A stretch of 64,000 bases of DNA from a virus: the IMG/VR virus record IMGVR_UViG_3300001041_000002, positions 37,420 to 101,419 of that record; one strand, written 5' to 3'. Shown here piece after piece: positions 26,941 to 36,611 of this stretch. Every line of letters starts with the position of its first letter. The stretch's first letter is position 1. The notes beneath the pieces are model-generated. The model did not search any database and had not been told where the DNA came from. It saw only the letters and a program-made list of their open reading frames with translations. The translations under genes were made by a program, and so were the position numbers.

Positions 26941-27816
26941 TTTGAAATTGAGACCCAGGACGGGTCAATAGCAGAAAGACACCTCATCAGAAACGGTCTA
27001 ATTCCATTGAGAGATGGAAGTCTTAAGCATGACAATATTGAACCATACGAATACACAACTATCCCTCTATCTGGAGAGAAAGGTTTGTACACTATGATTG
27101 ATGTAATGGATTTAATCAAAAAATACACTACGATTGGTGATAGGTGCGCTCTGCATGTCCACATTGGCGGATATAAACCATCAAAGGAATTTGTTGTAGC
27201 ACTACATCGTGTTGTACTGAAAATCCAAGATGAAATATATAGTATGTTCCCAACGAACTATCAATTTACGTCTGACAATGGATGGAAGCAGAAAGATTAC
27301 TGTGCCCCAATTAACGACTTGCGATTATTGAAAAGAAATTCTGTTGAAGAAAACTTCAATGTCATTTTTAATCACTATAGTGGTGGTTATAGTAAGTTTG
27401 TTAACTTTGGTTATTGTAATCATCCTAAAGATGAGGGTAACCGTGCGAAATGGAGCATCCAGGAAAGATATAAAATTGTCAACATAATCCCGTTGATTTG
27501 GGGAAACTCTGGTACTGTAGAATTTCGCGTTCATCCGCCCACACAGTCGCCACAGAAAGTTCTTAATTGGTTGTACATCTGTAATGCAATATTAGCTTAT
27601 GCTTATAAAAATTCAGAAAAAATAGCCAATTTTGCACCATTAACAGACTTAAATTTGCAAACTATCTTCTTTGATGTTTACTCATCATTGTTAGCATCAA
27701 AATTGCTATCGTATGTTGAGTGGCGTAAGGAGTATATGCAAAATATGGACGCTACTGGCAAGAAAGAGCTTGTTGAAGATTTAACTAAAGTAATTCCTTA
27801 CAGCGTTTTATCATGA
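26941..27816 (+). CDS. amidoligase, exon 2 (Amidoligase_2-like)
   Basis: FEIET, DGSL, EYTT, CALHVHIG, TVEFR. Confidence 0.85.
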   Translation, partial: FEIETQDGSIAERHLIRNGLIPLRDGSLKHDNIEPYEYTTIPLSGEKGLYTMIDVMDLIKKYTTIGDRCALHVHIGGYKPSKEFVVALHRVVLKIQDEIYSMFPTNYQFTSDNGWKQKDYCAPINDLRLLKRNSVEENFNVIFNHYSGGYSKFVNFGYCNHPKDEGNRAKWSIQERYKIVNIIPLIWGNSGTVEFRVHPPTQSPQKVLNWLYICNAILAYAYKNSEKIANFAPLTDLNLQTIFFDVYSSLLASKLLSYVEWRKEYMQNMDATGKKELVEDLTKVIPYSVLS

Positions 27817-28049
27817 AAGAAGAACTGATAATTATTGCCAAACTATTGATGAAAGCAGCTTCTCGCCATAAGCGGGAGGTTGTTTCTCAATATATTCATT
27901 CACTGAATTCTGGAAATATTAATACTGCTAGAATTATTGCTGATGAACTTATGGACTTCTATATTGAAGAAGATACTGATACGAAAAAAATATTACTATC
28001 TTCAGAATTATATGATAAAACTATGGAATACTATGAACTTAACAGATAA
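27813..28049 (+). CDS. hypothetical protein
   Basis: ATGA overlap. Confidence 0.6.
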   Translation: MKEELIIIAKLLMKAASRHKREVVSQYIHSLNSGNINTARIIADELMDFYIEEDTDTKKILLSSELYDKTMEYYELNR

Positions 28050-28052
28050 TTT

Positions 28053-28418
28053 ATGAAATTAATACTATCAGATGCTCTAGATAGAAGAACTCGTAAAATT
28101 AAAATAGATGGTATTAATACTGGAGATGTGTATGTTACAAATAGCCCAGTAGGAAACTGCCAAACATTCAGTATTGCGTTAATATATAAATTATTTATAC
28201 TTACCAAGGAGCAATTTAAATTGTTACTATGTGAATTATATAAGGATATCGGCAGGAAACAATTACTTTCTGATGTTAGAGAATGTGATTCTCCTAAATT
28301 ATTAGAACTGTTTACTCCATTTTCAACAAACATAATTACTGCTCCATACATAAGCACAAATGGTAGCCATATGGTTATGCATTTAATACAATTAGACACA
28401 TCTAAATTTATGGAATGA
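28053..28418 (+). CDS. hypothetical protein
   Basis: SPVGNCQ...PYISTNGS motif. Confidence 0.7.
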   Translation: MKLILSDALDRRTRKIKIDGINTGDVYVTNSPVGNCQTFSIALIYKLFILTKEQFKLLLCELYKDIGRKQLLSDVRECDSPKLLELFTPFSTNIITAPYISTNGSHMVMHLIQLDTSKFME

Positions 28419-29407
28419 CAGAAAGACTTAATATAACTGAGAGTGAATATAGGGGGCTAACTATGCCCTCTTATTCATTACTCAAGAAACTTGATGATAG
28501 CGGGCCTCGATCTATCAATCGTAAGTATAAATTTGATTCAGAGGCCATAGATTTTGGCAGTCTCCTTGATTGTAAATTATTGTGTCCAGAAGAGTTTAAT
28601 AATAAATTCTATTTTGATGCCACAGAGAAGCCAACAGAACAGTTGTTAAAACTAGCCGATCATGTTAGTAATTTACACGATAATTTTGGTCAAATCTTAG
28701 ACAAAGAGGATATCTCTAGAATTTCTGAAGAGTTGAATCTATTTGGAAGCATTAAAGATCCAGACAAACGCATTGCTAAGTTTGATACAGATTTATTCTG
28801 GAACTACCTAAAAGCTAAGAGCGATGCTGTTGGAAAAACAGTGTTTACTCCAGACACATTATCAGAATGCTCTGAGGCCGAGCAAATACTTAAAACTCAT
28901 CCTAAAACAGCACATATATTTAATCCAACTAAAGATGAGGAAGTTATTAATCAATTAATGATTATCTCTGAGGTTAATGGGATAAAAGTTAAAATCATGA
29001 TTGATAAGCTAATTATTCGTCATAAGAAAAAAACTATAACTGCATACGATCTCAAGGCCACTGAATTTAGGCAGGTTAACTTTCCGTATCATTTCAAGAA
29101 GATGAAATATTATCTTCAAGGAGGATTATATAAAGCAGTTATAATTAACTATATTAAAGATGTACTTCAATTAGGATATGAATTAGAAGACTTTAAATTC
29201 ATTGTTTACTCAAGGAGTGATAGATATCCATTTATTTGGAATATGGGCTACAAATGGCATTTAAAGGCCATGGATGGCTTTATTAATGAGTATGGAGATA
29301 AAGTCAAAGGAATAAATGAACTTCTTGATGATTATAAGTACTACATAGAGAATGATTACTATGAAATTGATCGGAATATTATTGAAAACGAATCTTTAGA
29401 ACTATAA
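28415..29407 (+). CDS. PD-(D/E)XK exonuclease (RecE/ExoVIII-like)
   Basis: SYS, FGSLLD, KIMIDKL, YDLKAT, YYLQGGLY. Confidence 0.85.
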   Translation: MTERLNITESEYRGLTMPSYSLLKKLDDSGPRSINRKYKFDSEAIDFGSLLDCKLLCPEEFNNKFYFDATEKPTEQLLKLADHVSNLHDNFGQILDKEDISRISEELNLFGSIKDPDKRIAKFDTDLFWNYLKAKSDAVGKTVFTPDTLSECSEAEQILKTHPKTAHIFNPTKDEEVINQLMIISEVNGIKVKIMIDKLIIRHKKKTITAYDLKATEFRQVNFPYHFKKMKYYLQGGLYKAVIINYIKDVLQLGYELEDFKFIVYSRSDRYPFIWNMGYKWHLKAMDGFINEYGDKVKGINELLDDYKYYIENDYYEIDRNIIENESLEL

Positions 29408-29413
29408 TTTTAA

Positions 29414-30280
29414 ATGGAAGTTACTAAATCCATTCGCAAGTCAATGATTATTCGACCAAGTGGCAGGAGCACTGATTTTATTGCCCCATCATTTGGTCAT
29501 GGATGCCTTTTCTTCAATTGTGCATATTGTTACATGAAGCGTCATAAACCAGAAGGATTGGATGTTGCGACCAATATTAATGACATATTATCTGAAATAA
29601 ACAGTCATGCGTGGTTTGCATCCGTAGAAAAGCCTAATCAGACTCACGATAGATTTGTGAGCTACGACATTTCCTGTAACGAGGATTTTGCCGCACACTC
29701 TAAATTTTATGATGTAGAAAAGATTTTTAATTTCTTTAAAGATCATCCAATAGCTTTTGCATCTTTTGCAACTAAGAAGGTTAATAAATCTTTATTAAAG
29801 TTTAATCCAGATAAAAAAGTTAGGATTAGATTTAGCTTAATGCCATCTAAGTATTCTGATATACTAGAACCATACACTTCGGACATCTTAACTAGAGTGT
29901 CCGCTATAAATGATTTTTTAGAATCTGGATATGAAGTTCATGTTAATTTTAGTCCAGTTATCTATACTTTAGATTGGAAGGAAGAGTATGAAAGATTATT
30001 TTCTCTATTGAACTTAGTAGTTAAAGATGAATACAAAGAGCAAGTGAAGGCTGAGGTTATATTTTTAACACATAATCAAGATAGACATGAGTATAATTTA
30101 GCCAATAAAATTCCAGGTGAAGACTTATTGTGGCAGCCATTAATTCAAGAAGATAAGATTTCTCAATATGGTGGAAAGAATATCAGATATAAAAGAGATT
30201 TTAAAAGTCGATTTATAAATGAATTTACAGAACTACATGATAGGGTTATACCATGGAATAAAATAAGATACATTTTTTAG
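29414..30280 (+). CDS. spore photoproduct lyase-like radical SAM protein
   Basis: GHGCLFFNCAYCY (CX3CX2C), FATK, RIRFSL, VNFSPVI. Confidence 0.85.
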   Translation: MEVTKSIRKSMIIRPSGRSTDFIAPSFGHGCLFFNCAYCYMKRHKPEGLDVATNINDILSEINSHAWFASVEKPNQTHDRFVSYDISCNEDFAAHSKFYDVEKIFNFFKDHPIAFASFATKKVNKSLLKFNPDKKVRIRFSLMPSKYSDILEPYTSDILTRVSAINDFLESGYEVHVNFSPVIYTLDWKEEYERLFSLLNLVVKDEYKEQVKAEVIFLTHNQDRHEYNLANKIPGEDLLWQPLIQEDKISQYGGKNIRYKRDFKSRFINEFTELHDRVIPWNKIRYIF

Positions 30281-30295
30281 ATAAAAATATAAAAT

Positions 30296-30709
30296 ATGAG
30301 TAAAACCAAATATGTGCTTGGATTTTTATTTTCCAATAACAAAAAAGAAGTTGTTCTAATCAAAAAGAATAGACCTCTTTGGCAAAAGGGATTATATAAT
30401 GGTGTAGGTGGCCACGTTGAAGATGGAGAAACTCCGCTAAAAGCCATGAAGAGAGAATTTAACGAGGAAACTGGAGTTAAAATAACTAAATGGACTAAAT
30501 TTGCCGTCCTACGAGGAATGGATTTTGAAGTTTTTTGTTATAAATCGTTTTCTGATAAATCAAAAGACGTTGAAACAAGAACAGATGAGCAAGTTTCCCT
30601 CAAATATACAGATAGAGTAAAACTATTGCCTGTGATATCGAATATACCATGGTTGATTGAAATATGTTTAGATCCAGATAGTTTTGTAACAACCATAAAA
30701 TATAAATAA
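30296..30709 (+). CDS. NUDIX hydrolase
   Basis: GGHVEDGETPLKAMKREFNEETG Nudix box. Confidence 0.92.
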   Translation: MSKTKYVLGFLFSNNKKEVVLIKKNRPLWQKGLYNGVGGHVEDGETPLKAMKREFNEETGVKITKWTKFAVLRGMDFEVFCYKSFSDKSKDVETRTDEQVSLKYTDRVKLLPVISNIPWLIEICLDPDSFVTTIKYK

Positions 30710-30749
30710 TATATGACACATATTAAGCCAGTAGAAGATTGGAGGTGGA

Positions 30750-31280
30750 GTGATGCTTAATAAAAGTTATAGTTATTTGGTTCCTTTGCTTAACGAAAAG
30801 TGTTTTATAGATAGTGATTTTGTTATACTAATAAGCAATACTTTTGTGTATCATTACGACTATCCAGATGAAGAAATGATCACTATATGTTATGAAAATT
30901 CTGATACTGAGTTATTTCAACAATATCTAGAGATAATTAAAGAAAATGAATTATTTAAGGAAATAAAAGAATCTGAAGATAAGATATATATAACTCTATA
31001 CTTTCCAATAGAATTTATTAAAGAGTATCGATTATATAAACTTGGCAAATTCTCTAGATTTCCAGAATCATCAAAGAAAATAATTCTAAACTATATATTG
31101 GATATTCACAGTATTAATAGTGCTAATAAAGTACGAAGAGTTCTTTATCGAGATGAGAATTTAAGAAAAGAACTTGAACACAAGCTTGATCTTATTATAG
31201 ACGAAAAGCTTGAACTAAGTTCAAAACCCAATAGAGTAGATGAAACATTTATATTTATAGAAAATGAAGAGTGGAGATAA
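30750..31280 (+). CDS. hypothetical protein
   Basis: GKFSRF...ELSSKPN pattern. Confidence 0.7.
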   Translation: MMLNKSYSYLVPLLNEKCFIDSDFVILISNTFVYHYDYPDEEMITICYENSDTELFQQYLEIIKENELFKEIKESEDKIYITLYFPIEFIKEYRLYKLGKFSRFPESSKKIILNYILDIHSINSANKVRRVLYRDENLRKELEHKLDLIIDEKLELSSKPNRVDETFIFIENEEWR

Positions 31281-31554
31281 AGTCGTTGTAACCAGACCGG
31301 ATGGGAGTATTCTTTTTGGAACAATTAGTAGAATGGATGTTGCTACGTTTCATGGTAAGAATTACCATATAATTAAAAGTAATACTACCGGAATAGAGAG
31401 TTATATAGATTCTGAAACTATTACACTAGAATCTGATACAAAATTAGTTATTCCAGATGGATATTTTGAAAAAGAAGAATTACTTGAGATAGTAAATCAA
31501 GAAAAATCAGCAGAAGAAATATTATTAGATCTTAAAGATCATTTAACGAATTAA
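31264..31554 (+). CDS. hypothetical protein
   Basis: Overlapping ORF. Confidence 0.6.
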   Translation: MKSGDKVVVTRPDGSILFGTISRMDVATFHGKNYHIIKSNTTGIESYIDSETITLESDTKLVIPDGYFEKEELLEIVNQEKSAEEILLDLKDHLTN

Positions 31555-31563
31555 AATATAAAT

Positions 31564-33438
31564 ATGAATAGTAGTGAGAAGGATTTGAGTAGAGAGATAT
31601 TGAGTGAAATTACTATTTTTAATAAATACGCGAAGTATCTTCCCGATAAAAAACGTAGGGAGAGCTGGAAGGAACTCGTAGACAGAAATAAAGAAATGCA
31701 CATTGAGAAGTTTCCGAAGTTGATTGGAGATATAGAGTGGGCATATCAATTTGTCTATGATAAAAAAATATTACCATCAATGCGTAGCCTTCAATTTGCA
31801 GGTAAGGCAGCAAAGATAAACCCAGCTAGACTATATAATTGTAGTTATATGGCTGTTAATGACCTGCGATCTTTTCAGGAGGCAATGTACTTACTTTTAA
31901 GCGGTTGTGGAGTTGGATATTCGGTACAAAAACACCATATAGCACAACTTCCAGATATTAGAAAACCTAATCCTAATAGACGCAGAAGATATGTCATTGC
32001 CGATAGTGTTGTTGGGTGGGCTGATGCTATAAAAGTATTAGTCAAATCATACTTCGGGATATCCAGCTCAACGATTGATTTTGATTACCGTGATATTAGA
32101 CCAAAGGGCGCTCTATTGGTGACATCTGGTGGAAGGGCTCCTGGAAGTAAGCCGCTCAGAGAATGTCTGACAAAAATCCAATGTTTATTAGACGATAAAA
32201 ATGACGGAGATAGATTGACTACGTTAGAGGCGCATACAATTATGTGTTATATCGCAGACGCAGTACTTAGCGGTGGAATTAGACGAGCAGCATTAATATC
32301 GTTATTTAGTATTGATGACACAGACATGCTGTCATGCAAAGCTGGTAATTGGTGGGAATTACATCCAGAGAGAGGACGTGCGAATAATACAGTAGTTATA
32401 GTGAGATCTAAAGTTAAAAAGGATGATTTCTCTAAGATTTGGAATTACATTAAAGCATCTGGTTCTGGTGAACCTGGAATTATGTGGACAAATAATCCAG
32501 AGATTGGGGCTAATCCATGCTTCGAGATATCATTAAAGAACATGCAATTTTGTAACTTAGTGGAAATCAACGCATCAGACATATCGTCGCAACAAGATTT
32601 AAATGACAGAACCAGAGCTGCAACTATAATTGGAACTCTGCAGGCATCATACACAGATTTTCATTATCTAAGGGATAACTGGAGAACCAATTGTGAAAAA
32701 GATTCCCTTCTTGGAGTCTCAATGACCGGAATAGCTTCAATGGAATTGTTTAAATATAATACAGAAGAAGCTGCAAACGTATCGGTTCAGACAAATGATG
32801 AATACTCAAGTATTATTGGAATCAATAAAGCTGCAAGGATAACTGCCGTTAAACCAGCAGGAACGACTAGCTTAGTATTAGGAACCTCTAGTGGAGTACA
32901 TGCTTGGCATGATAAATTTTATTGGAGACGAATGCGAATTAATAAGAATGAAAGTATTTATGAATATTTGCTTAAAACAAACCCATTTTTACTTGAAGAT
33001 GATTACTTTCATCCAAATACCACCGCTATAATTAAAGTGCCTCAAAAGGCTCCTAATGAGGCTATATTAAGAGATGAGCCTGCCTTATCATTGTTAAATA
33101 GAGTTAAGTATATTACCGAGAAATGGATCAACCCAGGATTCAGAAGTGGATACAATCAGCACAATGTTAGCTGTACTGTATCTATTAAAGATAATGAGTG
33201 GGATGAAGTTGCTGAATGGATGTGGAATAATCGAAAGATATATACAGGAATATCCGTTCTACCATATGATAATCATTCATACGTGCAGGCTCCATTTGAA
33301 TCATGTACCGAAGAGGAATATTTATCAGCTATGGAAAATCTCAAAAATATTGACTTAACTCAAGTTATTGAAGATTTCGATGGAACTAATCTTTCTGGGG
33401 AAGTAGCGTGCGGAAATTCTGGATGTGAAATAACTTAG
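31564..33438 (+). CDS. nrdJ: class II (B12-dependent) ribonucleotide reductase
   Basis: YNC, GCGVG, GGIRRAA, NPCFEI, CNLVE, KPAGT, C-terminal CxxxC; no beta-subunit gene nearby. Confidence 0.88.
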   Translation: MNSSEKDLSREILSEITIFNKYAKYLPDKKRRESWKELVDRNKEMHIEKFPKLIGDIEWAYQFVYDKKILPSMRSLQFAGKAAKINPARLYNCSYMAVNDLRSFQEAMYLLLSGCGVGYSVQKHHIAQLPDIRKPNPNRRRRYVIADSVVGWADAIKVLVKSYFGISSSTIDFDYRDIRPKGALLVTSGGRAPGSKPLRECLTKIQCLLDDKNDGDRLTTLEAHTIMCYIADAVLSGGIRRAALISLFSIDDTDMLSCKAGNWWELHPERGRANNTVVIVRSKVKKDDFSKIWNYIKASGSGEPGIMWTNNPEIGANPCFEISLKNMQFCNLVEINASDISSQQDLNDRTRAATIIGTLQASYTDFHYLRDNWRTNCEKDSLLGVSMTGIASMELFKYNTEEAANVSVQTNDEYSSIIGINKAARITAVKPAGTTSLVLGTSSGVHAWHDKFYWRRMRINKNESIYEYLLKTNPFLLEDDYFHPNTTAIIKVPQKAPNEAILRDEPALSLLNRVKYITEKWINPGFRSGYNQHNVSCTVSIKDNEWDEVAEWMWNNRKIYTGISVLPYDNHSYVQAPFESCTEEEYLSAMENLKNIDLTQVIEDFDGTNLSGEVACGNSGCEIT

Positions 33439-33441
33439 CTT

Positions 33442-34194
33442 ATGGACGAACAAAATAATCCAAATAATAATTTTGCGTATTCTAGGTTTGATTTGGAACA
33501 ACTTGAGAGATCGATGGCTGATATATCTGGAAACCAAACACAAGCAAATAGTGCTTTAAGTTATTGGATAACTGAAGATTATGCAGACGGTAATTGTGCA
33601 ATAAAAATAAAAAGTAATAACGAAACTAATGAAATGAATTCAAATAATTTCAAATTAAATGTTGAATATACAAATAAGAGTTCAGCATATGGTCACTCTA
33701 GAACAATGAAAGCTTATAGAGTTGGCGACGATAGATCATCTGTATTTAGAGTTGATCAAATACCATTTCCAGAATGCTGTGGAATAACTATACTTAAAAA
33801 TATAGGCGTATCAGACAGAATTTCTAGAATTGAATTCAAAGAAGTGATTGGTCTTGTTATTGATCATTTAATGGATGAAGATCAATACAGTAAAATCATC
33901 ATTTACACTACAGATAATTCAACTTTAGCTAAACAGTTGGCTAGGTTTGACGGAGCATTAATGACTGGATCATTCAGAAATCGTCGTAGCGGAAATATTC
34001 TCGTTGGATTTGAAATTGATATCAATCCAAGCGACATGAATATTAACGAAGACGAACATGATGATGAATTTGATTTAGAGGAATTAGATGAAGAAGATAT
34101 TGATCAAGATGATCTTCATGAGGAAGAAGTTGAACAAGAAAATGCTCGGTCTATCTTTGATTTAATGTCCGCTAAAGATAAAGATTTTCTTTAG
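33442..34194 (+). CDS. hypothetical protein (CCG...FRNRRSGN domain, acidic tail)
   Basis: 250-aa ORF. Confidence 0.7.
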   Translation: MDEQNNPNNNFAYSRFDLEQLERSMADISGNQTQANSALSYWITEDYADGNCAIKIKSNNETNEMNSNNFKLNVEYTNKSSAYGHSRTMKAYRVGDDRSSVFRVDQIPFPECCGITILKNIGVSDRISRIEFKEVIGLVIDHLMDEDQYSKIIIYTTDNSTLAKQLARFDGALMTGSFRNRRSGNILVGFEIDINPSDMNINEDEHDDEFDLEELDEEDIDQDDLHEEEVEQENARSIFDLMSAKDKDFL

Positions 34195-34203
34195 CATACT
34201 CTA

Positions 34204-34983
34204 ATGAACAATCAAATAAGAGATGTGCTTTCAAATAGAGTTACAATTGTTGAGAATATAGATAACTTAGTTAAATATGGTAATGATTTTAAGAAAAATC
34301 TACAACAATTGTCTCTATTTGGAAATTCTATTGAAGCAAAACCAAAGCTGTCAGAAATAAATAATATTAATTATTATGAGGCCGTAACCAAAGAGAAAAA
34401 TATTTTAGGAATATGTTTAACATACAATATCTTTGACAAATATTTTCTAATAAAAAAACGATTTTGCAATAATACAATAAGTTCATTGAATGAGATGACA
34501 GAAGACTGTCCATCTGGAATAATATTACTATCATCAATAAATGATATTGAATACAGAACATCTCTTGCTGGAAATAAATACGCTAAATTACAGTTACAAG
34601 ATTATGACAGCTCGTGTGGTGTGTACTTATGGGGATCTGCGTATCAAAAGAACATAAGCAAGATCTTTAAAGATAGAATTTATCTCATAGAACTTGGTTA
34701 TAATAAAGATAATGAAAGCGTTTTTATCATAAATATAAGGCCTGTTGATGATATAAACCCACAAGAATATATATCTACAATAATTCTAGGTATTGATAAA
34801 TCAAATACTGTTAAAACCAGAGAATATGTTTTCAAAAATATGTTTATGGGCACAACCGGAGATTATAACCTTATATTTAGATATTCAGAAGTAGATTATG
34901 CCGCTCCATACAAAATTATATTTAACGAAGAACATTATCTTTATTTAAAAGATTTAAACATTAATATAGAAATACAAAAATGA
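34204..34983 (+). CDS. stand-alone DNA polymerase III alpha (DnaE) C-terminal fragment
   Basis: QLSLF clamp motif, EKNILGICLT (cf. EKE.LG.Y.S), OB-fold GNKYAKLQLQDYDSS. Confidence 0.7.
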   Translation: MNNQIRDVLSNRVTIVENIDNLVKYGNDFKKNLQQLSLFGNSIEAKPKLSEINNINYYEAVTKEKNILGICLTYNIFDKYFLIKKRFCNNTISSLNEMTEDCPSGIILLSSINDIEYRTSLAGNKYAKLQLQDYDSSCGVYLWGSAYQKNISKIFKDRIYLIELGYNKDNESVFIINIRPVDDINPQEYISTIILGIDKSNTVKTREYVFKNMFMGTTGDYNLIFRYSEVDYAAPYKIIFNEEHYLYLKDLNINIEIQK

Positions 34984-35264
34984 CAGATAAAAATACATCT
35001 TGGAAGATACAAAAGATTACTGAAAGTTTAAATAGTTTACTTCAGTATAAAAACTTAAACTATGGTGATTCAGCGCTAAATCCAATCAAGGTTTTTAGTA
35101 AGTCAGACGCAACGGATAGTATTACTATTAGGCTTGATGATAAAATCAGTAGAATACAGAATTCCAAGGAGTTACGTAAGAATGACGTCGCTGATATTTT
35201 TGGCTATATAGTATTATTATGTGCATCTAAAGATTGGATCTCATTTGAAGAATTTAAAGATTAA
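34980..35264 (+). CDS. DUF1599 / nucleotide-modification-associated domain protein
   Basis: KN..YGDS, RLDDKISRI, DIFGYIVL. Confidence 0.75.
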   Translation: MTDKNTSWKIQKITESLNSLLQYKNLNYGDSALNPIKVFSKSDATDSITIRLDDKISRIQNSKELRKNDVADIFGYIVLLCASKDWISFEEFKD

Positions 35265-35269
35265 TAATT

Positions 35270-36124
35270 ATGAGCGAATTACAACAAGAAGGCAAGATAG
35301 TTGGAACCAATGTTAAGAATAATTCTATAGAAGAAGAGATTGATCAGTATCTTGGTGAATCTGGTAAAATACTTGAGGCTGCTTTTAGGCAAACCTCTGC
35401 ATCTAGTCAGTGGACATCAATTGTTCAATCAGCACCTATTCCATATTATATTCCAGACTCTAGATATAAAGTAGGAGTAGATCCTGGTGATCGTCCTAAA
35501 TCCACTAGAAATGATTACTTTGACATTCCAGTAATAAAACCAGGATCAGGACTTCGTGCTAGTATGGAGACGGTAAATGTTGACAACACAGGTAAATACA
35601 ATTGGTCTTCTGAGTACGAAAGAATGGCTGATTCAATAAAGAAAAAGTCGCCTAAATATATGTCACAACCTATTCCTAAATATAAAGATCAAATTAACAT
35701 TAAAGATGCATTATCATCATTTAGAGATCTTAATGAAAAAGATGTTAATAAATTTATATTAACGGGATCAGTAGCTTTATTTGTTCAAAATAAGATAACT
35801 AGAAATCGATTCAAAGATGTTGACATTATCTCCATGTCTGATTTTGAGATGGATGATGACATGGTTGTTTATCCGAGATTAAAATATGAGATTATAGATG
35901 GTGGTGGAGAAATGAGATCTATAGTATTTAATAATGTTTTATTCGACATATTCAGCTATAATCCAGAAAAAGAGATTGATGTTATTGAAGTTAAGTTTGG
36001 TAAAGAAACTTATTTATGTCAAGACTGGAAACAAATAATTATGGCAAAAATGAGGATGATAATTCCAAAGATGAAAGATCATGAAGAGATATTCAACAAT
36101 TGCATAGAGATTAATTTTAAATAA
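35270..36124 (+). CDS. hypothetical protein with C-terminal nucleotidyltransferase-like domain
   Basis: LTGSVAL...KDVDII (GS, DxD) with a third Asp in LFDIF. Confidence 0.6.
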   Translation: MSELQQEGKIVGTNVKNNSIEEEIDQYLGESGKILEAAFRQTSASSQWTSIVQSAPIPYYIPDSRYKVGVDPGDRPKSTRNDYFDIPVIKPGSGLRASMETVNVDNTGKYNWSSEYERMADSIKKKSPKYMSQPIPKYKDQINIKDALSSFRDLNEKDVNKFILTGSVALFVQNKITRNRFKDVDIISMSDFEMDDDMVVYPRLKYEIIDGGGEMRSIVFNNVLFDIFSYNPEKEIDVIEVKFGKETYLCQDWKQIIMAKMRMIIPKMKDHEEIFNNCIEINFK

Positions 36125-36125
36125 T

Positions 36126-36611
36126 ATGAGAAGCAAGCTAAGAATACCTATATTTTTGAATCTTATTGATGGAATCTATACCGATGTATTTACACAGTCT
36201 TTTGGGTTTAATTATGATGATGAAACCATAGATCAATATGTAGACTCAATATATGAAAATTTATTTGAAATTACTGAATATTGGACGGAGAATCCAGACC
36301 TAAGATTTAGCCAAGTTTTAATTAATATTGGCATAATTCCGAATGTCCCTGGAGTATGGTACTATAAGGAAGAACATGAAATCCTTCAAGACCTAGGAGT
36401 ACAAACCAGAGAATTTCTTTTATGGGGTCAGAATTTTGATAAAGATATGAATAGGCTTCCAGAAACTATCTATAAGCCAGTGAAAGATCTAAGTACTGAT
36501 CATATAAAGGCAATACTAGATGGAGGATGGTGTCGTTCTGAACCGTATTTACAGTGTTTTAAAGATGAATTAATACTGAGAGAGGGCAATGAAGTTCCTG
36601 AAAATATTTAA
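36126..36611 (+). CDS. hypothetical protein
   Basis: W..NPDLRFSQ motif. Confidence 0.7.
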   Translation: MRSKLRIPIFLNLIDGIYTDVFTQSFGFNYDDETIDQYVDSIYENLFEITEYWTENPDLRFSQVLINIGIIPNVPGVWYYKEEHEILQDLGVQTREFLLWGQNFDKDMNRLPETIYKPVKDLSTDHIKAILDGGWCRSEPYLQCFKDELILREGNEVPENI

